DNA of 60,010 nt from a virus. Taxonomy: Duplodnaviria > Caudoviricetes. The DNA is taken from positions 1 through 60,010 of IMG/VR virus record IMGVR_UViG_3300012000_000018, one strand, 5' to 3'. Positions 28,747-39,342 of this stretch are shown here, piece after piece; the stretch's first letter is position 1, and each line of letters opens with the position of its first letter. The notes under the pieces are model-generated. The model made no database searches, was not told the DNA's origin, and was given only the letters and a program-made list of their open reading frames with translations. The position numbers were made by a program, and so were the translations under genes.

Positions 28747-29133
28747 ATGCCTAGAACCAATGTTGAAACTGAAATTACCCGAAAGGTAATCACTTCAGTT
28801 AGCACCACCGAAGTTGCGCTAGACGCAACTAACGCAAGCACCTTGCTAGTTGAACTTTCAACTGTGAAAGACGCTATCAAGGCAAATCAAGACAAAGAGA
28901 AGGCTCTCAAGGCTGAACTCTATGCGCTACTCGGATACACACTTGTAAATGACGAGTGGGTAGGAACTGCGGAAGCAGGAACTATTGGCGGTAATGTTGT
29001 TGTTCGTGTAGCAACAGTAAATGCCACAAAACTTGATAAGGACAACCTTTTCAAGACACACCCAACTGTGGAGCAACTTCTCAAAGACTTCACAATTCCA
29101 GCCCCTTACAAGGCTCTCAAGACAGGCAAGTAA
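28747..29133 (+). CDS. Hypothetical coiled-coil protein
   Basis: ORF with promoter and strong terminator at ~29143-29175. Confidence 0.65.
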   Translation: MPRTNVETEITRKVITSVSTTEVALDATNASTLLVELSTVKDAIKANQDKEKALKAELYALLGYTLVNDEWVGTAEAGTIGGNVVVRVATVNATKLDKDNLFKTHPTVEQLLKDFTIPAPYKALKTGK

Positions 29134-29266
29134 TTGCGGAGAAGCCCCTCACCCGAAAGGGTGGGGGGTTTCTTACAAACAGGGAATAGTAAAAAGTAAA
29201 AACACAAAACGACACGCAGGGGAGAGATAAGTTGCAAATCCAAAAACTATTTGATAAGGTTGCACT

Positions 29267-29713
29267 ATGACCAACAAAAAGAAATACACACACAACCCAC
29301 TAACTAGCAGAGTTCTGCATAGTTACGAACCTATCTCAAAGAAAACTTCTGATGATGGTTACGAACTAATCATAGACAAAGACACACTTTGGCTACCAAC
29401 TTGTAAGACACAGGAAAAAGAAATCAAAGACAGCGACCTTATTCGCCACGAAGATTATGTCTATGCTCAAAAAATGTTAGAGCATAGGGCGTTGCGGACA
29501 AGAATTATTCTTGCCAAAATGGAAAGTGGTTTAGATGTTTCCATAGAAGAACTTCGCCACTTTGAGAAGTCTATGGAATACAAGAACTGCGAAGAGTGCC
29601 TAGTTCTTGACCTAACGCAAGACCTAGACCTCTTGGACTTTATGCCAGTAGAAGAAGTTGTTTATAAGTCTAAGGAAGACGAAGACACGGAAGAAGAAGA
29701 TTGGGACGACTAG
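29267..29713 (+). CDS. Hypothetical protein, leaderless, acidic tail
   Basis: TTGCAA-17-TAAGGT, then ATG. Confidence 0.65.
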   Translation: MTNKKKYTHNPLTSRVLHSYEPISKKTSDDGYELIIDKDTLWLPTCKTQEKEIKDSDLIRHEDYVYAQKMLEHRALRTRIILAKMESGLDVSIEELRHFEKSMEYKNCEECLVLDLTQDLDLLDFMPVEEVVYKSKEDEDTEEEDWDD

Positions 29714-29767
29714 GCTTGACTTTGGGGAAGAATAGTTTTATACTTAGGGTAAGAAAAGGGGAAACAA

Positions 29768-30943
29768 ATGCTAAAGCCTGACGAAACACTAACGCTACTC
29801 AACGACCTCAACCTGCGCCTAAAAGGGAACTTAGGTTATGTTCTAACTAATGTTCTTTCTTCTAAGTGTAGAGATGAAGAAGATGAAATTGTTAGACAGA
29901 TTTTTGATAGATACAAAACAGAAATTACAAAAAATCCTTTAGCCAATAAAGGTTCTTTATTTTTCTACGGACAAAAACTATTTTGCCTAAATAATGTGGC
30001 GCAGTATGGTTCTTCGGTTCATCTTGATACAGATAAACAGGCTTTATCTTTATCGGGAACTATGAGAATAGGTAAAACAAAACTTAGCCTTGCCGAAGGT
30101 ATGGTTCAAGAAATGCTAACTATTACTGAAAAGGCAGATGTCTTTTTAGTAAAAGATGAAATGACTGATGTTATTTCTTTTGCTTCTAATCAACTAGACG
30201 ACACAGATACTTTTGATTTCGACCTTGTTCCTAGTCCTCGCGGTTTTGCTTACTTCGAGAAGGGCGTAGAAACAAACGACATAGAAGGTAGCAAATACAT
30301 AATCCACGCCGTCCTTTGGGAAATGCACGATAATCAAATTGTTTATTACCTATTCAATAACTATGATGTAAAGGCTGACGACTCTATGCCTATGCTAGAA
30401 AGAACAGCAGAAGCAACAGGAAAGAGTGTTGCGGATTTTCGTAGAAATGTTGGTAAGTGGTTGCTATCTTCCGTAGAGAGCGCAGGACACGGAGAAAAGG
30501 TTGGCGGTAAAAAGCGACAAGAACAATTTGAGTTAGACTCTGATTATTGGAAAGAAAACTATCAACAAGAGTTTGTTGCTATGGATAACTTTCCACGATT
30601 TATGCACGCTTACTTCTTGATGATGTCGCAAACTATTGTGTCCTCTGAAAAGAAAACACCTCAACGCGGAATTAGAAAGTCTATGGAAAGAGCAAAACTT
30701 CCTAGCGAGTATGTTGTTGTTCAACTTCGCAAAACAGAATACACAACTAGCGACAAGGCTAATGAAGGTCGCTTTATAGATTGGTCGCACAGGTGGGTTG
30801 TGGGCGGTCATTGGCGTTGGCAACCTTACAAGGACGCTGAAAAGGGTTCTATCAAAAAGCGTATTTGGATTGCGCCGTATGTGAAGGGGCCGGACGACAA
30901 GCCTCTAGTAATGAAGGACAAAGTTTATGTCCTCGCAAAATAG
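29768..30943 (+). CDS. Conserved actinophage hypothetical protein
   Basis: C-terminal WSHRWVVGGHWRWQPY...IWIAPYVKGPDDKP. Confidence 0.75.
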   Translation: MLKPDETLTLLNDLNLRLKGNLGYVLTNVLSSKCRDEEDEIVRQIFDRYKTEITKNPLANKGSLFFYGQKLFCLNNVAQYGSSVHLDTDKQALSLSGTMRIGKTKLSLAEGMVQEMLTITEKADVFLVKDEMTDVISFASNQLDDTDTFDFDLVPSPRGFAYFEKGVETNDIEGSKYIIHAVLWEMHDNQIVYYLFNNYDVKADDSMPMLERTAEATGKSVADFRRNVGKWLLSSVESAGHGEKVGGKKRQEQFELDSDYWKENYQQEFVAMDNFPRFMHAYFLMMSQTIVSSEKKTPQRGIRKSMERAKLPSEYVVVQLRKTEYTTSDKANEGRFIDWSHRWVVGGHWRWQPYKDAEKGSIKKRIWIAPYVKGPDDKPLVMKDKVYVLAK

Positions 30944-31003
30944 GATTTGACTTTCCACTAGGGTAGTGGAATAATAAGTCAAAGAAAGAAAGGGAGAAAT
31001 AAA

Positions 31004-31804
31004 ATGGCTGAACACCATTTCATAGTGAAGTATGACGACGACCTAAACCATTGGTCGGTTGATGTTGAGAGTGAAGAAGTGCGGTTTCCTGATGGAACTA
31101 TTTGGGACGAGAAGACAGGCACTTGGACATACTCTTATCAAGGTAGTGAAAAGTTTTTCACTTTGCCTGATGGCTCAACCTCTGACGACCTTGACCAAAA
31201 GTTTGGCGAGTTTATAGACAGGTTGAATACCTGATGGACGAGATAACTCTTTCACGAACAGTAATGTTTGTTGGCGATTACTTTACGCTAATGACTACTA
31301 TTGTTCTTGATAACAACTTACGAAACGAAGGAGAGAGCGAACACGACTTTGCTATTCGTTGTGCCTCTATCTTCATAAACGAATACTATGGATTTGATGT
31401 TGCTAAGGCGTCTAACGACATTGGCGTTGTAGATGAAAATGGAGAGGAGATAGAAAATGACGACGACTAACTTAGACTTTGTTGTTTCACTTACAGACAA
31501 GATAGAGAGTGGAGAACTTGATAGCCACCTACAAATCTTGCGTCAAGCAGTTGATAAACGAATTGAGGAGAAGCGCGGTTCGCTAAAACTTTCTGACTTC
31601 CTAGTTGGCGACAAGGTTCGTATCAACGAGCGTTGTGGAACTAAATACCTTGTTGGCGAAACAGCACAAATTGTTGGCATTAGGCGAAGCAAGATTACTG
31701 TAATGCTAGACAACCCCACAGGGCGGTTCGCCCGAAAGTCGGGTAATGGCGAAACGATTTCTGCCGAAGTCGTTGTGCCCATAGCGATTGTGGATAAACT
31801 CTAA
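31004..31804 (+). CDS. Three small hypothetical proteins (31004-31234, 31234-31470, 31457-31804; the last is SH3-like)
   Basis: Coupled ORFs after a promoter; VGDKVRI in the third. Confidence 0.6.
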
Positions 31805-31855
31805 GTGCGGTTTGCGGAAGTAAAAAGTAAAAACTTCCGTGTAAAATAGAACCAC

Positions 31856-31955
31856 CTAGTGCGAGGCGTTCCCCTTTCTGCCTTGCCTAGATGAGAGCAG
31901 ACATACCCTTCTCTGCTCCGCCGACTTCCCCTTCCCCTGTCTTGTGGGAAGTCGG
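31856..31955 (+). ncRNA. Candidate three-hairpin small RNA with C-rich (anti-SD) loops
   Basis: Stems 31856-31890, 31895-31918 and 31921-31955; loops GTTCCCCTTTCT, CATACCCTTC and CTTCCCCTGTCTTGT; TAAAAT at 31842. Confidence 0.55.
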
Positions 31956-32024
31956 TGTGTATCTATTCTTGACTTTCTAAATTATTTTGTTATACTTGCT
32001 CTCACAAACAACTAAGGGGGACAA

Positions 32025-32273
32025 ATGGCAGTAAGCACTTACCAAGAAATTGCTAGACACTTCGGACACGAAATAAAAGTTGATGTTTGGGGCAACGAAG
32101 ACAACGCCTCTATCACTTGTGAAACTTGTTCTGAAATCTTGATTGACTTCGATAACAACAGCGAGATAGGCACTTGCGACGACTGCGAAACAACTTATGA
32201 TGTTGGCTCACAGATAGACCATTGCGCTGATTGCGGAACTTGCTGGGAGCATTGTAAGCGACACGCCGAGTAA
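32025..32273 (+). CDS. Cys-rich Zn-binding small protein
   Basis: CETC, CDDC, CADC, CWEHC. Confidence 0.65.
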   Translation: MAVSTYQEIARHFGHEIKVDVWGNEDNASITCETCSEILIDFDNNSEIGTCDDCETTYDVGSQIDHCADCGTCWEHCKRHAE

Positions 32274-32331
32274 GGTTCTTGACTTACCAAATCAAACGAG
32301 TAAAATTAGGGAAAAGAAAGGGGGAAACCAA

Positions 32332-32526
32332 ATGGCAAAATACAACGACATTACAGTCGTGCTAGGCAACAACGAAAACGCGGTTGCAATTATGGGACGA
32401 GTGGCTACGGCTCTACGCCGAGCAAGCGTTTCACAGGAAGAAATCAACCGCTTCCTTGACGAAAGTATGGCTAGCGATTACAGCAATGTAATCAACACGG
32501 CTAAGAAGTGGGTCGCTGTCGTCTAA
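32332..32526 (+). CDS. Conserved phage hypothetical protein
   Basis: NAVAIMGRVATALRRA...SDY. Confidence 0.7.
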   Translation: MAKYNDITVVLGNNENAVAIMGRVATALRRASVSQEEINRFLDESMASDYSNVINTAKKWVAVV

Positions 32527-32613
32527 CGGCAAACACTTAGGAAGCCCCTGTCCAACGGCAGGGGTTTCTTTTTGCCCAAATCACCCCTAAAAAATCCCCC
32601 TACTATTTTGGGT

Positions 32614-32859
32614 ATGGACATTATTGCTAAGGACTATCACGCTAACGGCTCTGGCGAGCCTTTCGTTGTTGCCATTGTAGATGACCCCTCTGACGGGGAT
32701 ACCAAACTTGTTATTATGTTTGGCGATACTGACTATACCGCCGTTCTTTCGCTAGACTATCTCATTAGAGATGAGGACATTTCTGCGAAATACAACGGGC
32801 ATCACGGCGACAAGTATGAACAACTTAGAGAAGAACTCTGGGACGGGTTCTGGAAGTAG
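32614..32859 (+). CDS. Hypothetical protein, probably leaderless
   Basis: TACTAT at 32601, ATG at 32614; YHANGSGEPFVV. Confidence 0.6.
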   Translation: MDIIAKDYHANGSGEPFVVAIVDDPSDGDTKLVIMFGDTDYTAVLSLDYLIRDEDISAKYNGHHGDKYEQLREELWDGFWK

Positions 32860-32897
32860 TAAAAAGTAAAAACTGAAGGGTAACGGAGAGAAAAAAG

Positions 32898-33473
32898 ATG
32901 ACGACTATTGCTGGCGTGCAAGGAGAGAACTGGGCTGTCGTCGGCTTTGACTCACGAGTAACCGAAGAAAACGAAAAGATTTATTCACTTCCAAAAGATA
33001 ACGGCAAGATGTTCAAAAATGGAAACTATCTTATTGGCGTGGCTGGAGATGTTAGAGCGATAAACCTCTTGTCCCACATATTCAAACCGCCCATTATCAA
33101 CCCATCAACCTATGGTGCAAGGTTAGATAAGTTTATGACCGCTTCCTTTATCCCCGAGATGAAGAAGTTGTTTGAGGAAAACTCATACTCTAAAGATGGC
33201 GACAACGATAGTAATGTGATGGTCGTAATCAACGGGACTATTTACGAAATAGGAAACGATTACTCTTGGGCTAGAGATGAGAGTGGGATTTACGCTATTG
33301 GTTCGGGTTCGGCTTATGCACTTGGTTCTTTACTTGGAACTATGGAAACCCGTAAAAGAACTTTATCTACGGCTAAGACTTTGGTTAGGCAAGCAATTAC
33401 TATCGCCACCAAACTTGACCCAAACTCTGCCCCACCGATTTACATAAATGTTCAGTATTACGGAGAGAAGTAA
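32898..33473 (+). CDS. Ntn-hydrolase protease (proteasome-beta/HslV-like)
   Basis: MTTIAG (catalytic Thr), DSRVT, AIGSGSAYALG. Confidence 0.85.
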   Translation: MTTIAGVQGENWAVVGFDSRVTEENEKIYSLPKDNGKMFKNGNYLIGVAGDVRAINLLSHIFKPPIINPSTYGARLDKFMTASFIPEMKKLFEENSYSKDGDNDSNVMVVINGTIYEIGNDYSWARDESGIYAIGSGSAYALGSLLGTMETRKRTLSTAKTLVRQAITIATKLDPNSAPPIYINVQYYGEK

Positions 33474-33928
33474 AAAGTAAAAACCTGCGCTCGCCGGCGT
33501 TCGCTGCGGGGGCAACTTCCAAATAACTTTGGCGTGTCTGCCTAGAAGACTTGACTTTTCTTGTCGTTCCGTTATACTTAGGGTATTCGGTAGGGGGAAA
33601 GTCGCTGGACACCTGAACGCCTATAACTTGCAAGGGGCGGAAACAATACGACTCCCCTACCGAACCTAATAAAGAAAAGGGAGAAAATATGAAAACTTAC
33701 GATGTAACTTTTCAAACTGCGGAATACACACTGCACACGCAAGGACAGGGAACAGATGAAGATAGCGCGGTTGATAACGCTAGCCAAAAGTTATTTCAAA
33801 CTCACGGCATTAACACTCTAAGTGCGAGTGTGATGGAAGTGGTAGAAATCACACAATAACGCTTGACTTTTGCTAGGGCAGGTATTATGCTTGCCCTAGC
33901 AAGACCAAACAGAAAAGGGGAAAATGAA

Positions 33929-34036
33929 ATGAAGATTTCAACAAAGGCAAAGTGTGTCGAGTGCTCGCGGGTATTCGATTTACTAGACGACAATGACGCT
34001 AATGAGTGGGCTTATGGCCACGACTGCGAGGCGTAA
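33929..34036 (+). CDS. 35-aa Zn-finger miniprotein
   Basis: Manual translation KCVECSRVFDLLDDNDANEWAYGHDCEA; promoter and RBS. Confidence 0.6.
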   Translation: MKISTKAKCVECSRVFDLLDDNDANEWAYGHDCEA

Positions 34037-34134
34037 GTAATGCTTTTCTTTACAGATGAACCTAATGAAGCATTAGATTACTTTGAAGAAATGGAACTTA
34101 TGGGGCTACTAGAAAAAGAAGAAGGGGAAGAAAA

Positions 34135-34727
34135 ATGAGCCTTGATAAAAGAGCGTTAGACGCTTGGATTACGCGGGAGCAAGAAATCTATGACGAGGAA
34201 GATGTTGTAGAAGAATATGTGCCGAAAGGTATTGTCGGACAATTCTCCGACTTTGAAGAAATGATGTTGTCGGGACTTGTAGATGAGTTTGCTTGCCACA
34301 AGGGTTGCGGTGAGTATTACACAATGTGCCGTTGCGAGTTTGGAAAGGAAAAGAAATGAGCGTTGATTTTACTTTGGTAGAAGAAAGAGTGAGCGAGGCT
34401 AAGGCTATCGCTTGGGATACTTGCCACAAGATTTACTTGCTAATGGACGATGAACAGGTTGCCCAAATGCGCGAGTATCGCTACGACAACTTAATAACTA
34501 GCGCGGACGCAACACCCGAAGAAATGCTAGAAACTCTAAAGGACTGGTATTACGAGTCTTGCTTCCTTAGATTTATTGACGCGGTAAGCACACACCCAAC
34601 AGACCCAAACTTAGGGTTTGAAACTCTAATCGGACAATTCGATGAAGAAGATGAGGACGAGGACGAGGAAGAAGACGACACGCCACAAGGCGCAACTATT
34701 ATTAACTTGACTTATAAGCCTAGATAG
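34135..34727 (+). CDS. Two small acidic hypothetical proteins (34135-34359, 34356-34727)
   Basis: ATGA-coupled ORFs; IAWDTCHKIY motif. Confidence 0.6.
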
Positions 34728-34762
34728 GTTTATACTAGGGTTAAGAAGAAAGGGGGAACACA

Positions 34763-34951
34763 ATGCGTGCTATCAAGAAGCAAGGCGAATACAGACTCTA
34801 TCGCGTAGAGAATCACCTTGAACTTTGGTATGGCGTGTTCGGTGGGGAGTATTCCTATCGTGCAGGTTATGTCGCAGACGCGGAAAACTTTGGATACGCA
34901 ATAGATGTTGCGGAAGAAGAAATGCGTTGTCTTAGGGCAGAAGCCATTTAG
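34763..34951 (+). CDS. Hypothetical protein
   Basis: Own promoter, RBS and terminator. Confidence 0.6.
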   Translation: MRAIKKQGEYRLYRVENHLELWYGVFGGEYSYRAGYVADAENFGYAIDVAEEEMRCLRAEAI

Positions 34952-35196
34952 CCTTAGAGAGAAGCCCCACCGAAAGGTGGGGTTTTTCTTTTGCGGTGTG
35001 AAAGTAAAAAGTAAAAACTTATACGCGGACTTACCCCTAGCCTTGTCCAACTTCCAAACAACTTGCGGACGCCTATTGGCTAAAACCCTTAGCAAAATAA
35101 ATGTTAAGTTTTTCGGGAACTTTTTATGTGATGTATCTCACACCTGCGGTTTATTAAATACTTGACTTACAAATAGAAAATAGTTATACTTCTGCA

Positions 35197-35638
35197 ATGA
35201 CCCAAACAAAAAACCTAAAAAACCCAACAACAAACAAAACCTATACTTACAAGGGATTCGTCCCACTTTCACGCCTTTCATATAACGCTTGCTCTATTGC
35301 GGAGCACAGCCTTTGCCTTTCTTCTCCACAACAACTTGCCGATGTATTCGGCTTCGACTTTGCGAAGGCAACTTGTTGCCTTTGCTCTTGCCACTTCACG
35401 GAAGGGGGTGAGTGATATGGAAGACGAGAGAACTTATTGCGAGCGTTGTTATGAAAACTTTGATGATGATGGTTTTGATTATCGTTTTGACTATCCCGTG
35501 TGTTTGGCGTGTGCGGAAAAGTATTGCGTCAATTGCCATAAAGGGGACAGCGAACCTGCAACCCACCAACTAATTCCACAAGGTCCAAAGTGTTGTGAGT
35601 GTGCGGAGTGTCCCGACTTGACTTGCGGTAGCAAGTAA
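35197..35638 (+). CDS. Two Cys-rich small proteins (35197-35415 leaderless; 35417-35638)
   Basis: TATACT at 35185 then ATG; multiple CxxC motifs. Confidence 0.55.
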
Positions 35639-35675
35639 GATACACTTACACCAACAACAAAGAGAAAGGGAGTAT

Positions 35676-36050
35676 ATGCAAAAACAAAAGGCAGTCGCTA
35701 TCAGCACAGATGGCGTAAAGTCCGTTGTTGAGTTTGACTTCAAAAACTCATACAACACACTAAGCAACGCAGTCGGTGGGTATATCGAGTGTGTTGGATT
35801 AGATGGCGCAGATATGTGGTGCAACGAGAATGGTATTGCGGAAGGCTTGCCACTCAATATGGTTGCTTCGGCTATCTACTATGAAGCGTTCAACGCAAGT
35901 AATCCGATTCTCGGTAATGTAATCATTACTGGCGGTGCGGATGAAGAAGGGGAAACACTCGGACTAACAGATGAGCAAGTGGCTCACTGGCTTGCATACG
36001 ACAAGCATATTATTCCGACAGCCTACCTACTGGGCGGGCTATACAACTAA
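35676..36050 (+). CDS. DUF3846 family protein
   Basis: LSNAVGGYIECV...MWCNENG...LPLNMVAS...ILGNVIITG. Confidence 0.8.
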   Translation: MQKQKAVAISTDGVKSVVEFDFKNSYNTLSNAVGGYIECVGLDGADMWCNENGIAEGLPLNMVASAIYYEAFNASNPILGNVIITGGADEEGETLGLTDEQVAHWLAYDKHIIPTAYLLGGLYN

Positions 36051-36566
36051 TCTTCCCCCCGAAGGAGAGGGTGCGGTTCCCCCCGCACTCTCTCTTTTTT
36101 TGCGGTAACAGTAAAAAGTAAAAACTTTCTTCAGCAACAGCAACCAAGTGCATTCGACTTCATAATAACTTTCGTGTCTGCCCTTGACTTATCTATAGTC
36201 AACTATTATACTTAGGCTACATTAGAGAAAGGGGGAAGTATGCAACACTCTAATTGCGACCTTGATACCTGCCAAGACTGCCGTATCAAGTTCAATATGA
36301 AAGAGATAGATTGGGAGACTTGGTCTTTCACGGATATCGAAGATATCTTTGAAGACGCCGACCCGATGAAGTATCTCTAAAGGTTGAAGCGGAAGCCCTC
36401 GCAATTATGCGGGGGCTTTTGCATCTCCGTATTAAAGTAAAAAGTAAAAACTTTTGTTCAGTCCGGACTGGTCCGGCGCGACACTTCCAAATAACTTTCT
36501 CGACTTGACTTGACTTTCTTCGTGATAGGTTGTTATACTTTGACTACCTAAAGAAAGGGGATTCAG

Positions 36567-37040
36567 GTGGATACACTTGAAACACAAGTAGTTACTCTCG
36601 AAAGTAACTGCAATTGCACTAATGAGGATGAAAGTCCTTCCGAAGAATGCTTCGGTTGTTACCAAGACTCTCTAGATAACTTAGATTATCTAAAGAAAGA
36701 ATGGACTAAGAGAGTCGGCAAAGACTTCTCTAAAGTAATCTCATACGGAAAAGGAATGGGATGGCGAAAGACAAGTGGGTCGGCAGAGTTTGATTACGAT
36801 AATCTTCATCGCGCCGTAACCTTGAATGGCGACTTCACAATTACTTTCACACTTGAAGGTAATGAATTGACTGCGGAGCGTTCATCGCACGATGAGCCTG
36901 TGGGTGGAGCAAGATTCCGATTCGTGCCTTACTACGAAACTGACTGCGCCGACTGCGGAGAAACTATTGGTTCAGAGGGTCAATTACTAATTCGTTGCGA
37001 TGACTGCCTACTAACTTTCATAAAGGAAAGTGGCAAGTAG
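36567..37040 (+). CDS. Hypothetical Zn-binding protein
   Basis: 157 aa; SHDEP motif, CxxC pairs. Confidence 0.65.
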   Translation: MDTLETQVVTLESNCNCTNEDESPSEECFGCYQDSLDNLDYLKKEWTKRVGKDFSKVISYGKGMGWRKTSGSAEFDYDNLHRAVTLNGDFTITFTLEGNELTAERSSHDEPVGGARFRFVPYYETDCADCGETIGSEGQLLIRCDDCLLTFIKESGK

Positions 37041-37443
37041 ATACAAATAACTTCCCTAAAAAGTCCCCTGCCGAGAGGTGGGGGACTTTTTATTGCGCTC
37101 GCGGGCAGGTTGTTGGGAAGTGGAGGCTCGGTGGGAAGTTTTTACTTTTTACACGCTCCGGCGTTCGCCTCGCCTCGACTTCCAAAAGTTATCCACAGGT
37201 TGTAATCGTGTGATGTAACTCACACCACGACACGCCGAGTATAAGTTGCGTTATGTTTGCCAAAACGCTACAATTCTCCTACAACAACTAAACAGGGTAG
37301 AAAAGTGAGGAACTAGGCGAAACCCCGCCACTAGGTAAAACTAACAACTTGACTTATCAAGAAAAAAGTTTTATACTTACACCAACAACTAAATAACAAC
37401 TAAATACAGAACAAAACACAACGACAACAAAAGGGGAAACAAA

Positions 37444-37707
37444 ATGTCAGTATCAACACTTTCAGCAACAAAGTGGGTTCTTGTAAAGGCTTCAGACGGA
37501 ACTCGCGGTCAGAATGGCAAGAAAAAGATTTACGAGATTACCCTAGAGGGTAATAAGGTCGTAATGGTTTGGGGAATGGCAGAGAAGCCACAACGCCAAA
37601 GCAAGACAATGTTTTTCGGAAGCACCCAAGAGGCTCGCTGGTTTGCTCTTGATAAGAAAAACGCAAAGGTTTGGGATAGAGGCTACACACTAGCCTACGA
37701 AGCCTAA
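37444..37707 (+). CDS. WGR-domain-like protein
   Basis: KKIYEITL..NKVVMVWG...EARWFA..KKNAK..RGY. Confidence 0.7.
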   Translation: MSVSTLSATKWVLVKASDGTRGQNGKKKIYEITLEGNKVVMVWGMAEKPQRQSKTMFFGSTQEARWFALDKKNAKVWDRGYTLAYEA

Positions 37708-37793
37708 GACACGCCGAGGTTGCCCTACTTGCTAAATTGTAGCGAGTAGGGTAATCTTTGCTCAACAACAAAGTTTCTAAAGGGGGAACTAAA

Positions 37794-38159
37794 ATGGAAG
37801 CAGAAGTTATTTACGAAGCAGGACAAGAAACTGCTAAGGGTCTAACTATTTACAATGATGATGAAACTACTTTGATGATTGATGATGTTCTTTATCAAGG
37901 TGGAGAGGGATTTACTGCCCTTGATGTTTTTATCGCTGATGTATTAGACCACCAAAATAACTACGGAATAAGCGGACAGATTTACAAGATTGAGGATTGG
38001 TCGGGAACTCTTTATGTTTATGCTCGCCAAGATAACTGCGATTGTATGTATGACTACAAAGGTGATGAAATAAAAGATACTTGCGATTGCGAGGGTTCTT
38101 ACACAATGTTCGACACCAAGTCCGTCAATGTAATCACAATGATAAAGAGGTGGCGATAA
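37794..38159 (+). CDS. Hypothetical protein
   Basis: MEAEVIYE after GGGGG RBS. Confidence 0.6.
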   Translation: MEAEVIYEAGQETAKGLTIYNDDETTLMIDDVLYQGGEGFTALDVFIADVLDHQNNYGISGQIYKIEDWSGTLYVYARQDNCDCMYDYKGDEIKDTCDCEGSYTMFDTKSVNVITMIKRWR

Positions 38160-38410
38160 TGCGGAAAGTAATGATTTATGTGGCTTGCTGGAAGTGCGGT
38201 AAGTCAATGCGAATAAACCAAGATGATTATTACAATGGATTGGTTTGCGGTAAGTGCTAAGCCCGAAAGGGTTTAGGGCTGGTAGTAAAAAGTAAAAACT
38301 TTCTATGCGCCCCCTAAACGACACGCTCTCTCCCCGAACCCCCTGATTTGACTTTCGGGGGGAGAGAGTGTTATACTTGGCTCAACAGGAAAAGAAAGGG
38401 GAAATACAAA

Positions 38411-38746
38411 ATGTATGGACTTCCTGATAGTGCGGTTCTAGGAACTGCCAAGCGTGTAAAAGGCGCGGTCAAGAAAAGCGCAAAAAAGGCAAAGGCAAAG
38501 GCAAAAGCAAAGTCAAAGTCTGAAACGCCTTATCGCTCTCCACGCTCAATTACTATCGTAGTTGAGGAAACACCTAAGCCTTATCGTTCAGAGGGGCAAG
38601 GTTTTGTTGAGGCTATGATTTATTTGGTAATGCCTATGATTTGGTTGGCAGAGCGTTATAACAAGAAGCGTGCTGAAAGCCAACCAAGAACAGAGCCTAA
38701 GCCAGTAATTTGGCGTGAAAAGAAAAGCGACACGCCAAAAGAATAA
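38411..38746 (+). CDS. Basic hypothetical protein
   Basis: MYGLPDS...KAKAKAKAK. Confidence 0.6.
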   Translation: MYGLPDSAVLGTAKRVKGAVKKSAKKAKAKAKAKSKSETPYRSPRSITIVVEETPKPYRSEGQGFVEAMIYLVMPMIWLAERYNKKRAESQPRTEPKPVIWREKKSDTPKE

Positions 38747-38841
38747 AAGGCAGGTAAGTTGCCTAAATAGGCAAAGTGTTGTATGCTTATCGTGTTGGTC
38801 AAGGGGACTAACACAAAGACAAAATGAAAAGGGGTAATGAA

Positions 38842-39027
38842 ATGAAAATGCTAATGGAAGCGAAATATATTCGCAGACGCCGTGTTGCTTTTGCGCTCGC
38901 CGTTATCGCTAGTGCGGTTTTGGTTTGGGCTGTTTATCAAGCAATGGGACATATTTGGTGGGTAGGCGACCACTATTGTTTTGATGATGTTGTTTCTTGC
39001 TACTTTCCTGAAGAGGGGGCAAAGTAA
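38842..39027 (+). CDS. Small membrane protein
   Basis: YIRRRRVAFALAVIA TM segment. Confidence 0.6.
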   Translation: MKMLMEAKYIRRRRVAFALAVIASAVLVWAVYQAMGHIWWVGDHYCFDDVVSCYFPEEGAK

Positions 39028-39342
39028 TGTCTAACACAAAGAAGTGCGCTAACCCAGTATGTAAAAGCACAGAACTTGTTTATTCGGGAGTAGATGCGTT
39101 TATGTTGGGAGTGCCAACAGAAACTTATTGCTACACCTGCGCTAATGCTATTGCTAGTTTTGAGGTGAAAATCTGATGACTGACAATACTGAACTAACAC
39201 CAGAGTTGGCAGATAAAATTCTAAAACTTGCGTTTGCCACAGATGAGCAAATGAAAGAGTGGGAAGCCCTACCAACACGGGAAGCAAGAAAGGCTTTTTG
39301 GGATACTCTCCCGCTACCGAAACTAAAGAGAAAGGGGAACTA

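Noticed and set aside
33610-33645. CTGA...GAAA as a hammerhead ribozyme
   Set aside because: The core lacks the CUGANGA G8/A9 positions and stems I and III cannot be formed
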